A stretch of DNA of 64,000 nucleotides from Selaginella moellendorffii (taxonomy: Eukaryota > Plantae > Lycopodiophyta). The stretch lies in assembly GCF_000143415.4 (NCBI RefSeq), contig NW_003314322.1, positions 497,430 to 561,429 of the forward strand. The letters run 5' to 3'. Below the pieces are notes generated by a model. The model did not search any database and was not told where the DNA came from. It saw only the letters and a list, made by a program, of their open reading frames with translations. Below are positions 38,972-48,329 of this stretch, piece after piece. The first letter of the stretch is position 1; each line of letters opens with the position of its first letter. The position numbers and the translations under genes are program-made.

Positions 38972-39188
38972 GCTTGTGAAGGGGATGGAATCTGTGGCAG
39001 TTTTCTTCTTCCAGCACTGTCCATGGATTGTCCAATTCCATCAAATATTGCTGCATTGCATTGCGATGTGATATCATTCCAAAGCTTCATGAAACATTTT
39101 TAGTGTTTTACAATGTGAGGTGACTAATTAAGTCAACAAAGCTGTTGACTTTAGTTTTATTCAACGCGCCAACTACTTCACTCGCTAG

Positions 39189-39538
39189 TTAAAAAAAGAC
39201 GATCAGCGACCTGTACAGGATGAAGTTTGTGGATGCTCGGGGATTACGGCCTCGGCCTCGCCCAGGAGGAGGTCGTTCCGGTCGAAATTCTCGGTAAGTC
39301 TGGGCAAAGAAAATTTCCATCAGGACATTTTCTCGATATGAATGATATATCCTACCTGAAGAAGGAACCTGGATTTGAATTTCAGGGTGGGAGCATCAAA
39401 TTCTGCAGTCCGTTGGGAGAAAACTGATGAACAATTCTTCCTGGTACCTTGTTCTTCATGACAAGGAGCTCCATGTATGCCACCGACCAAAAGAAACCCG
39501 AGTATGGAAGACACAAAAAACATTCTAGCGAGTGCCAT
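39189..39538 (-). CDS. Small secreted peptide precursor, copy 1 (C-term TYREFRPERPPPGRGRGRNP...)
   Basis: Signal peptide MALARMFFVSSILGFLLVGGIHG; GT-AG intron 39355-39300 joins FLLQ to TYREFRP in frame; paralog at 40922-41200. Confidence 0.7.
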
Positions 39539-39671
39539 CTCTTGCTAACAAATTTGAGACACTTTTCATGGCAGACCTTTCAACTTATAGCTTTCACAAA
39601 GTCCAAGTCAAGGATCTCGTCTCGTTTGTCAAGTTAGTATATAAAGCCCAAAAACTCGTATTAAGCGCAAG

Positions 39672-39744
39672 CTCTCAATAGCGTAGTGGATCAGCGCATC
39701 AGACTTCGGATCTGAAGGTTGTGGGTCGAATTCCACCGTGGTCG
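39672..39744 (+). pseudogene. tRNA-Arg(TCG) pseudogene
   Basis: D arm TAGCGTAGTGGATCAGCGC, anticodon arm TCAGA-CTTCGGA-TCTGA, 3' end GTGGTCG; 5' acceptor strand does not pair and the T-loop is one base short. Confidence 0.75.
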
Positions 39745-39829
39745 TGTTTTGTCAGTAACTCAAATAGTTCAAATCAAGTCGAACAAGTTGCTAATAATTG
39801 AGTACTCCCAGCGAGACAATATCGCTGAT

Positions 39830-40620
39830 ACTATATTTTCACCATGATGAGAGGAAGACCGTAGCCGGCGATACGATGGCGACAATCGAAACCGGAAGCG
39901 CTGGAGAATGGTGGCAAGGCGATCTTGGCTTCGATGAGTGCAAAGGCTTGGCCAACACACGCGCGGGGGTCAAGCGACAAGGCCAGGAACGCGTTCGAGT
40001 GCTTGCACGCTCCATCCTTGAAGCGCTCCGGATTGAAGTCGTGGGTGTCGTGATGACTGGAATGGAGACCGCAGTTCCCTTTGGGACGAGGATGCGAAGA
40101 TGAACACCACCCACCGGTGGTTGGAGAGTTTCGTGGAGATCTATACAAGAATCTTGAAACTTCAAAGCAACGCAAAACCTTACCAGCTTAAGCTTGCTGA
40201 TTGAATTGGCTTCTGGAGTGGCACCGTTGCAGACTTCCTGAGCTTCGACGCAAGCGCGCTCTGCCATTCCAAAACCAACAGCACAGCATTGACCAGGTGA
40301 GGAGACTACGTCGTCTTGTGGCCAGCAAAGAAAGTCTTGCACTCCTCCATCACGGGGAGAGAACGAAGAAAGAAAAACTTTACCGTATTCCTTGGACCAC
40401 TGGTGGCATCACATGCTCCACAATGTCGTGATTCAAGCCTGTCATGTCCCGCTCCTTGGCACTGTCTCTCATCTTCATCCCCTTGCCGAAAGTCCTTGAC
40501 GGCCCCTGGATTCTGGCTTCGAATCCTTGCGTCGAGCGATCTTGGCTCCAGCCAAAACCTGGTTATGATCGATCGCCATAGCTTCGCAACCAGTGTTAGC
40601 GCAGCGTGCCCGTCCATATC
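39830..40620 (-). pseudogene. Cytochrome P450 (CYP72-clan-like) pseudogene
   Basis: ECKTFFAGHKTT (I-helix), LHETL, VPKGT, FNPERF, heme motif degenerate (LSLDPRACVGQAFALIEAK); frameshifts and large deletions. Confidence 0.8.
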
Positions 40621-40921
40621 GTGGAATGCCTGCCGGCCCATTGGATCGCACAATATATTGTACAGGAACTTTCATAGAAACCCCCAAAGTTTTTCTAGAA
40701 AATCAGAACGATTCCTCGGGTTTTTTGTGAATGAAATTTTATTTTGTGAATTGATTTAGCATACTGGTAATTTCTTTTTCTTGCACATAACAAGATGGAG
40801 GGGGAGGAGCATCAATTGTTGCTGTATTACATTCCATCGCATCTTTGGTGGGATTATTGCTTTGAGGGGCGAGGTAAAACACACCATGGTCGCCTTGGAA
40901 CAATGGGAGTGGTCACCGTTA

Positions 40922-41200
40922 TCAGGGATTTCCGCCTCGGGGAGGAGGAGAGCGTTTTGGTCGAAATTCTCGGTATGCTGGTGGGGACAATTCTCGTTGT
41001 GAATCATATCCTACCTGAAGAAGGAACCTTGACTTGAATTTCATGGTTGGAGCATCAAATTCTGCAGTCCATTATTTAGAGAAAACTGATGAAAAATTCT
41101 TCCTCGTACCTTGTTCTTCATGAAAAGGAGCTCCATGTATACCACCGATCAAAAGAAATCCGAGTATGCAGGACACAAAAAAAATTCTTACGAGTGTCAT
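40922..41200 (-). CDS. Small secreted peptide precursor, copy 2 (C-term AYREFRPKRSPPPRGGNP*)
   Basis: Signal peptide MTLVRIFFVSCILGFLLIGGIHG; 48-nt phase-1 GT-AG intron containing a stop; remainder is open to a TGA TAA double stop. Confidence 0.75.
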
Positions 41201-41503
41201 CTCTTGCTACTTCGAACATTTGAGACCTCCATTCAAGTTTTTCAAAGCAGACTCAGAAGGTCCAAGTCAAGTATCTCGTCTCGTTCAAGCTGGCAAATAA
41301 AGACCAAAAGTTTGAAACCACGGGCGGGCTTTTGGTTTATTTATGGGCACTGTTTGCTTGCGATCATCGAGATTCTGGATATTAACGAGGTCCGCTAAAA
41401 AAGAGAGTTTTGAGTTTAAGGTTTACTCTGAAAAGGCTCCTTAAATCCACACCTTTTTCCGTGGTTATATAAGCTTGCCACAGCTGCGAGTCATATTGTG
41501 GGT

Positions 41504-41776
41504 ATGGAGCAAGAGAATTGGAAGGTTTTGCCAACACCGGAGCAAATTATGGAGAGGCGGCGCCTTTGGATACAGCGAAACCGAGCTGACTATTTGGAAG
41601 AGATTGGCGGGGAAACAGAGAACGACGATGTGAAGCTGGAGAAACATTCTCCCGTGGCTTCAAACTCCTCTAAGAGAATTGACGAGGAAAAAGAAGATGC
41701 TTGTCTAGAAGGCCACAACAGTAGTAGTAACAGACTTCTTTGGTGGTTTTGTGATTCTTTGTTTTATCCTATATAG
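41504..41776 (+). CDS. Orphan 90-aa ORF
   Basis: ATG preceded by TATATAA at ~41465; MEQENWKVLPTPEQIMERRRLW...LLWWFCDSLFYPI*. Confidence 0.35.
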   Translation: MEQENWKVLPTPEQIMERRRLWIQRNRADYLEEIGGETENDDVKLEKHSPVASNSSKRIDEEKEDACLEGHNSSSNRLLWWFCDSLFYPI

Positions 41777-41890
41777 TTTGTATTTGTTTTCTTGGAAACA
41801 AATGTTAAAAGGAATATAAAGTTTTCTTACTCCCAGAGATAATTCCAACTTGTAAAAGGTGCTTAGGAACAAACATGTTTCATATCTAAT

Positions 41891-41963
41891 GATCTCATGG
41901 CCCAATGGACAAGGCGCTGGTCTACGGAACCAGAGATTCTGGGTTCGATCCCCAGTGAGGTCG
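41891..41963 (+). tRNA. tRNA-Arg(ACG)
   Basis: Acceptor GATCTCA/TGAGGTC, anticodon arm CTGGT-CTACGGA-ACCAG, T arm CTGGG-TTCGATC-CCCAG; 73 nt. Confidence 0.93.
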
Positions 41964-42036
41964 GGTCGTTAAAGATGAATCTTTGATCATGCATTCGTGG
42001 ATAGCAGTAACAAACACGACCAAGGAAAACCAAGCA

Positions 42037-42237
42037 ATGGCATTGACGAGCGCAGTATTCCTTTTAGTTTTGATCAGTGGTCCACATTATACTTGTGCTT
42101 CTTTCCATTCACAAGGTATTGAAATTATTTGATCTTTCTTACCTTCTTCTTCCTCAAAACTGCGATGGAATGTCCTCCACTGCCCGGCTATCAGACCCCA
42201 GCCATCAACTCGCCCTCCGCGCGGGGTCAATCCATAG
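42037..42237 (+). pseudogene. Small secreted peptide precursor, copy 3 (C-term CPAIRPQPSTRPPRGVNP*), probably disabled
   Basis: Signal peptide MALTSAVFLLVLISGPHYTCA; CAAG|GT donor at the family position; in-frame TGA in the presumed intron and no in-frame acceptor AG after the pyrimidine tract. Confidence 0.55.
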
Positions 42238-42311
42238 TAAAACTCTTTCACCTTGTGTATTAGTAAAATGCAATTTGAAACTAAAAATTCTACCTTAGGG
42301 TTTTTGCGGCA

Positions 42312-43498
42312 ATGGCAGTGATGAATGCCGCGGCGTCGTCTCCGTGCTGCTTCAATCCCAGGTGAGAGCTGGATTAGGAATGTAAGTGAATTCGCATCGG
42401 CTGTGGCAGGAGCAGCAGCTGCGAGAAATCGGCAGCGCTATTTTCCAGCCAGTGGCGCCAGGACGAATCTGGGTTCTGCGTCTCCAGGAGTGCGAATGCG
42501 AGGCCGCGCCGAGCAGGGATTTGCCGTGCGCAAGTAACGATGATGCCAATCGGCACTCCCAAAGTGCCTTACAGAACTCCCGGCGAGGGAACCTGGCAGT
42601 TCGTGGATATTTGGAATGTGCTGGTATGCTACTTCGTCTCGTTTTCTTCTTCTTTTGCTTGTCTAGAGTTTGTGCCACTCCGTGACTTCTTTGCTCCAGT
42701 ATCGAGAGAGAATCATTTTTATCGGGCAACACATTGACGAGGAGTTTGGCAATCAAGTGCTCGCCACTATGCTCTACTTGGACAGCGTTGATTCCAGCAA
42801 AGATCTCCATTTCTACATGAGTTGTCCTGGTGGAGACGTAAGCTTCTCGCTTTTCATGAACCTTTCATCTTTTCACTAGTTTCATTTGCCAGCTAACTCC
42901 TTCCATGGCCATATACGACACAATGGGAAGCGTGAAAAGCCGGATGGGAACGATGGCACTCGGCTATGCGTATAACATCGCTGGATTCTTACTTGCGGCT
43001 GGAGAAAAGGTTGAGTTTCTTCTGATTTCTTTCAACGCCATAAATTCCGTGCCTTGACCAGGGAATGCGAACCTCCATGCCTCTGACGAGAATTGCTATA
43101 CAACCGCCTCAAGGAGCTGCTCGTGGAAAAGTGAGAGCCTTTGCATTGATCATCCAATTGTCGTTTTAGATCTGAGCGTTGTTTTCTGCAGGCAGCCGAC
43201 ATTCAAAACGAGGCTAAAGAACTATCTCGAGTTCGAGATTATCTCTTCAAGCAACTGGCTGTGAAAACTGGGCATCCAGAAGAAAAGGTAATCTGAGAAG
43301 CATAGCATTTACGCAGCCACGCATTTGTCTGATGCTTGTATCGAAATGCTGTTGCAGATTCACAAAGACTTTAGCAGGATAAAAAGGTTTTCTGCGCAAG
43401 AGGCTCTAGACTATGGCCTGATTGACAAAATCATAAGGCCTCCCACGGTCAAACCAGATGCAAGCTCCAAGGGCGAGGCCGGTCGTGGCATCGGCTGA
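42312..43498 (+). CDS. CLPR2: Plastid Clp protease non-catalytic subunit ClpR2, multi-exon
   Basis: Transit peptide, [55 protein letters not shown] (no catalytic Ser). Confidence 0.9.
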
Positions 43499-43717
43499 AA
43501 GCTTGATGATTATCTTTTTCATTTCATGTTGCATACGTGGCAGCTGGCTCAATTGACGTATTGTGCGCGTTTAAACTTCGCCTTAATCAAACGTGGAAAA
43601 TGCGAGGAGTGGACTTTCACTCTGTATAGACGGCAGAAACTCTGTTTCCATGACATCATATTGACTTGCATGCTCTGAATAAAATGTGGAGAGCACAAGG
43701 CGCAATTCACCCAGCGA

Positions 43718-43930
43718 ATGGCATTCATAAGAATGATAATGGTTTACCTTTTGATCGGATTTTTCTTCATCTATGACGCTTCTCAAGGTTCGCTAGGTGA
43801 TTTCTTTGTTAGTCCTGTGAAATCAAGTGAAATGGCAGCTACTCATGACAGTTCGGTGATGAGACGCAATTACCCACAGTTTCGACCACCCTGGCACGTC
43901 ACTAGCCCACCGCACGGGATCAATCCATAG
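43718..43930 (+). CDS. Small secreted peptide precursor, copy 4 (C-term RRNYPQFRPPWHVTSPPHGINP*)
   Basis: 70-aa ORF with hydrophobic signal peptide, variable middle, dibasic RR before the Pro-rich C-terminal motif; TAG TAG double stop. Confidence 0.75.
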   Translation: MAFIRMIMVYLLIGFFFIYDASQGSLGDFFVSPVKSSEMAATHDSSVMRRNYPQFRPPWHVTSPPHGINP

Positions 43931-44628
43931 TAGCACGAGAATGAAATGTATACCGTAGCTAAAGGCCATCCCATATGAGTGTGGACTCTTTGATCTCGTT
44001 TTATTTGAAGGTGCAATTTTCATAGCTGAAAATATGCTCTACAAACTGAAGTCTTAGCTTTGATTTTGGAGTGAAACAATTTGTGATAGATTTGAAAATG
44101 TTAGAAACAGTTTTAGACGACCTGATCATTTAATATTTCTTGAACATTAGACTCCAGACTCATGACCTCTGCTCCTGGGCTCTTGGACTATATGTAACTT
44201 ATACTTCTCCCTGATGGCGTTTTAAACCCAGATTGAAACTATCACTTTCACTGTACTCCCAGCTTTGGCTGGCGAGTTAGACTTTCTTGAAGTTTTGACT
44301 TGCAATGTTCCAACTGGGGAGCAAACCACAGAAGAAATGAAATTAGCCAGAGATTTTGGTGTTTCTTGTAATGGGATTGATTGTATTTGTTAGTGGTGAA
44401 AATTTTGTTAAAATCCTTTTTTAACAAAAAAAACCTATATCTGCTTGAAGATAATTTAAAACTAAAAACCTGACGATGATTTTGAACTGCGAATCAGACA
44501 ATTCTAATCGCATATTTCTTGTGCTTTCCAGGAAACTAGTCCATCACGAATTTTGATCCCCCACGATCCATATTATATTAAACAAATTGTTGAACATTTT
44601 GCAGAAAAGCCTAGTGATTTTGATATGG

Positions 44629-47448
44629 TTACGCTGATCTTGTGGCCGCGTCGCAAGGCTTCCATACAGTGTACGTATTCGAGAGTTGCACGTAACTTGC
44701 AGCATTTTCTGGTTCTAGCTCGATCAACCTCTGTGCTGCATGTTTTGCAACTTTGACATTGCCATGAACTCTGGAAGAACCAAGCAGAGAACTCCATAGC
44801 ACCGAGTCTGGCTGCACGGTCATCTTCTTGACGAGGGCCTCCGCTTCGTTCAGCCAACCCGATCGTCCCAAGAGATCAATAAGGCAGCCATAGTGCTCAA
44901 TACCAGCGGCCAGACCAAGCTCCTGAGTCATGGCTATGAAGAAGTAGCAAGCGTCCTCTACAATGCCCGCATGGCTGCACGCCGAGAGCACATTTATGAA
45001 AGTCACTTCATCCGGCTTGACGCCTTCCTGTTGCATCCTCTCGAAGATCTTCCGGGCATGCTCCATCTCCCCGTGCTGAGCGTATCCAGTTATTACGGCC
45101 GTCCAGGAGTTCACCATGGTCTTGTCGTCCATGGCTTCGAAGATCCGCCGTGCAAGCTTGAGGCTCCCACACTTGCCATAGAAGTTGATGAGAGAGCTCT
45201 GGACGAGGGGGGTCGAGGAGCAGCCAGCTTCGGCGATGGTGGCGTGAATTGCCTTTCCAACAGGCAGAGTTGCAAGGCTCGAGCAGGAAGTGAGAGCCGC
45301 GACGAAGGTGGTGGGGCTTGGCTTCATGCCTTCGAGGAGGATCCGGTGGTAAAGCTCGAGAGATTTTCTCCACAGGCCGAGCTGGGAGTATGCTGACACC
45401 ATTACCGTCCCGGCTATCACGTCCCAGCAATCATCCAGCTCCTCGAATGTCTTCTCGACGTCTTGCAAGCTCCCGGACTTCCCAAACAGGTTGAGCAACG
45501 CGTTCTTCACGGCAAAGTCCGGCTCGTGTCCACTTTGAGCCACCAAGGAGCGAACCAGTGCTACTTCCTCGGCTGGCAGAGCTTGCGAATTTGCGCAGGC
45601 GTTGAGAACCGTGACGAGCGTGACTTTGTTCGGTTTGGTACCATCCAGCAGCATCTGCTTGAAGAGATGCAATGCTGCTCTCGAGTTTCCAGCGTCGGAG
45701 TATCCTCCGATGATAGCAGTCCAGAGAACGACGCCCCTCCGCGAGTGCTTGGCAAAGATCCTGTGAGCTTCTTCCAGCCCTCCACACTTGCAGTACATAT
45801 CAACGAGAGCGCTGACGACGACATCAGTGGATTCGTAACCGGTTCCAACGAGGTTGGCATGAATCATCCGTCCTCGCTCCAAGAAACTCTCGCTGCAAGC
45901 GTTGAGAACCGTGGTAAAGGTGACGTTCGTGGGACGCAAGCCTTCCAGCTGCATCCGGTGGTACAACTCAAAGGCAAGGTCGCAGTAGCCATTGACAGAG
46001 TACGCTGCGATCAAGCTGTTCCAGGATACAACATCCTTGCGCGGCATCGTCTCGAAAGTCGTCCTGGCATCGCCCAAGCTCGCGCACCTCCCATACATGC
46101 TGACCAGGGCGTTCCGGACTTGAGCTTCGTTCTCCCGGCTGCCGCTCGTCGCGAAGCTCTCCTCAACGTTGGAGTGGATCAGCCTCGCGGTGTACAAGTC
46201 GACTGGTCCCGTGCAAGCGTTCATGATTGAGAGAAAGGCAACGTCGTTTGGAAGCTGGCCATCGAGCTGCATTCTCCGGTAGAGCCGAAGAGCTTCCGAG
46301 TTGAGCCCCGCGAGCGTGTACCCGGAGATGATGGCGTTCCAGGAGATCACGTCTTTTGAGGCGCACGAATCCTCGAACACGCTCCTGGCGGTGGTAAGTT
46401 GGCCTCCGTTTCCATACATGCTCACCAATGCGTTGCAAACAACAGTCTCGCAGGACACTCCCAGGCTGACGATCCTCTCGTGCATCTCCTTGACGATGCT
46501 GCTGGCGATGGTGGCCGGATCGCTGCACGCGTTGAGGATGGTGACGAGAGTGAAGGCGTCGGGTTTCATCCCCTCGAGCTCCATCCGCCGGTAGACCCCG
46601 AGAGCTTCCGTGAAGCCCGAGCAAGACGCATAGGCGGCGATGAGAGTGTTCCAGGAGATCACGTCGGGCTGCCAGAGGCTCGCGAAGGCCACGCAAGCGT
46701 CGTCGAGGCACCCACACTTTGCGTAGAGATCCACAAGCGAGTTCCCCACCCGTGGGATGGCGTCGAATCCTTTCTCTAGCACGTAAGTGTGCATCTCTCT
46801 CCCTTGATCAAGAGCTCTAAACTTCGCGCAGCAGTTGAGCAGGGTGACGAAGGTGATGCTGTCCGCGAAAACTCCCTGGAGCAGCATCTCTCGAAACACT
46901 AGGAGTGCTGGTTGCAAATGCCCTTTCTGTGCAAATGCTGCTATCAGCCTTGTCCAAGTGATCACGTCTCTCTCGTGGAGCCGCGAGAAGAGATTCCATG
47001 CGTCCCAGACACTGCCACAGCTGAGGTACCTGTGGACGATGGCGCTGCTCAGAAAGAGATCGTCGCCAAGCCCGTGCTCGACAATCCTGGTGTGAACTTC
47101 CAGCACGGATTTCTTGGAGGTGCATTCCTTGATTGCTGTGGCGAGCGACTTTGCGTCCAGGGAGAGAGAAGAAGTTGCCAGGCAGCGCGTGCCAATCTCA
47201 GTCGTCGTCGCGATCATCGCCGGGCAGCGACGACGCATTCTTCGCTCCTTTGCCTGCCATGCTCCCTCCCTCTCTTTAGGGCGCGGTGCTCCAGAGATTT
47301 GGGAAGTATCGTCTTGGGTCGCCTTGGATTCCCCTGGAGAGAGCCATGAGTAGTTGCATTGATCCCTCCAACGCGCGGGGAGGTCTTCCCGGAGGTCACC
47401 CTCTAGATCTACACCCGGCTGATGGCTTTTTCGGGCACCAGGATCCAC
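44629..47448 (-). CDS. PLS-class PPR protein ending in E domain (no DYW); true start uncertain
   Basis: Intronless ORF with ~20 P/L/S repeats (DVISWNxLIAAY, LVxMYGKCGSL), HYGCLIDLLGRSG, ASYVQLSNTY. Confidence 0.92.
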   Translation of the reverse strand: MDPGARKSHQPGVDLEGDLREDLPARWRDQCNYSWLSPGESKATQDDTSQISGAPRPKEREGAWQAKERRMRRRCPAMIATTTEIGTRCLATSSLSLDAKSLATAIKECTSKKSVLEVHTRIVEHGLGDDLFLSSAIVHRYLSCGSVWDAWNLFSRLHERDVITWTRLIAAFAQKGHLQPALLVFREMLLQGVFADSITFVTLLNCCAKFRALDQGREMHTYVLEKGFDAIPRVGNSLVDLYAKCGCLDDACVAFASLWQPDVISWNTLIAAYASCSGFTEALGVYRRMELEGMKPDAFTLVTILNACSDPATIASSIVKEMHERIVSLGVSCETVVCNALVSMYGNGGQLTTARSVFEDSCASKDVISWNAIISGYTLAGLNSEALRLYRRMQLDGQLPNDVAFLSIMNACTGPVDLYTARLIHSNVEESFATSGSRENEAQVRNALVSMYGRCASLGDARTTFETMPRKDVVSWNSLIAAYSVNGYCDLAFELYHRMQLEGLRPTNVTFTTVLNACSESFLERGRMIHANLVGTGYESTDVVVSALVDMYCKCGGLEEAHRIFAKHSRRGVVLWTAIIGGYSDAGNSRAALHLFKQMLLDGTKPNKVTLVTVLNACANSQALPAEEVALVRSLVAQSGHEPDFAVKNALLNLFGKSGSLQDVEKTFEELDDCWDVIAGTVMVSAYSQLGLWRKSLELYHRILLEGMKPSPTTFVAALTSCSSLATLPVGKAIHATIAEAGCSSTPLVQSSLINFYGKCGSLKLARRIFEAMDDKTMVNSWTAVITGYAQHGEMEHARKIFERMQQEGVKPDEVTFINVLSACSHAGIVEDACYFFIAMTQELGLAAGIEHYGCLIDLLGRSGWLNEAEALVKKMTVQPDSVLWSSLLGSSRVHGNVKVAKHAAQRLIELEPENAASYVQLSNTYTVWKPCDAATRSA
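47168..47385 (+). repeat. Diverged direct repeat, copy 1 (copy 2 at ~52117-52305)
   Basis: Shared blocks ttcttcgct.ctttgcctgccatgctcc, gccttggattcc..tggagagagc.atgag..ttgcattgatccctc. Confidence 0.85.
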
Positions 47449-47547
47449 GAGTAAATCTCTGGAAGGACCAAGTCATTCCTTTCAAAGAACATACATAGAT
47501 TCCATTGATAACTACTTATATAAGAGGCCCTTTAATCTAGGGTTTGG

Positions 47548-48255
47548 ATGGCGGAGGGTTCTCCAAGAACGCACAGCGTGAGCAATGAGATTGAGTGCTA
47601 CCATGCACTTGCTGTTATTGGCTGCCCCGAGGTCATGCTTGTGGTGGAGGGGATACTCATCTTAGAGGCAGAGTACAACCAGGTGTTTGGGGAGACGCAC
47701 AAAAGTGTGCCGCATCCAGAGGATGTAGATGTGATACTCAATAGCCTCGAATCAGGGGAAGCTAAGGATTCTTTTAGTCGCTTTGCTCAGGCACTGTATA
47801 AGGGAAGTCGTGATGATCGTCTTAAGCCTGCAATCGCTAGAACAGGGGCTCGCCTCTTTTGGGCTGTAGCGCGCACAGTAGCTGCAAAGTATCCGGACAA
47901 CGTCTGGCTGCAGAATATGCTTGCATCGGACGAGGCCCGTTTGGAGATGATCAAGGCTTGGAGCCATGTTTTCAGCTGGAGGACGCACATCAATGTGTCT
48001 CATTCATTCATCGTCATCGGGACGGACTTGGAGATGGCGAATCCTCTCGAAGTTTTGCGTTATGTGGCCCAGAAGTGCGAAGAGAGCAAGGTAGCACACC
48101 GCAGGGAGCTCGGTCGTCTCCTTCAGGCTAGCCTGCCTTTTGTGGAGGCTTCAGTTGCGAGACACAAGGAAGAAGTGTGCCGCAGAGAAAAAGAAGAGGA
48201 GTCTCAAGCTGAGATGATGAAGTGCTTGTTGCTACCTCCGATCGCTCACCTGTAG
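47548..48255 (+). CDS. Hypothetical 235-aa helical protein
   Basis: Intronless ORF with good ATG context and a telo-box TAGGGTTT immediately upstream; no recognised domain. Confidence 0.55.
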   Translation: MAEGSPRTHSVSNEIECYHALAVIGCPEVMLVVEGILILEAEYNQVFGETHKSVPHPEDVDVILNSLESGEAKDSFSRFAQALYKGSRDDRLKPAIARTGARLFWAVARTVAAKYPDNVWLQNMLASDEARLEMIKAWSHVFSWRTHINVSHSFIVIGTDLEMANPLEVLRYVAQKCEESKVAHRRELGRLLQASLPFVEASVARHKEEVCRREKEEESQAEMMKCLLLPPIAHL

Positions 48256-48329
48256 CTTTAAAGCGAGCTGCATCCGTCTGTAGAGCTTGGCAGCGCACGA
48301 ATACTCAAACTTGCAAGCTCCTGCTCTCA

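Noticed and set aside
39129-39152. Small hairpin AAGTCAACA-AAGC-TGTTGACTT
   Set aside because: Too short for a miRNA precursor or MITE; no TSD or partner end found.
41964-42021. Possible tRNA-snoRNA dicistron (GGTCGT...ACGACC terminal stem after tRNA-Arg)
   Set aside because: No canonical C box (RTGATGA) or D box (CTGA), and no H/ACA architecture.
45463-46230. Long antisense ORFs over PPR, amidase, GT47 and peroxidase genes
   Set aside because: Explained as shadow frames of GC-rich coding sequence on the other strand.
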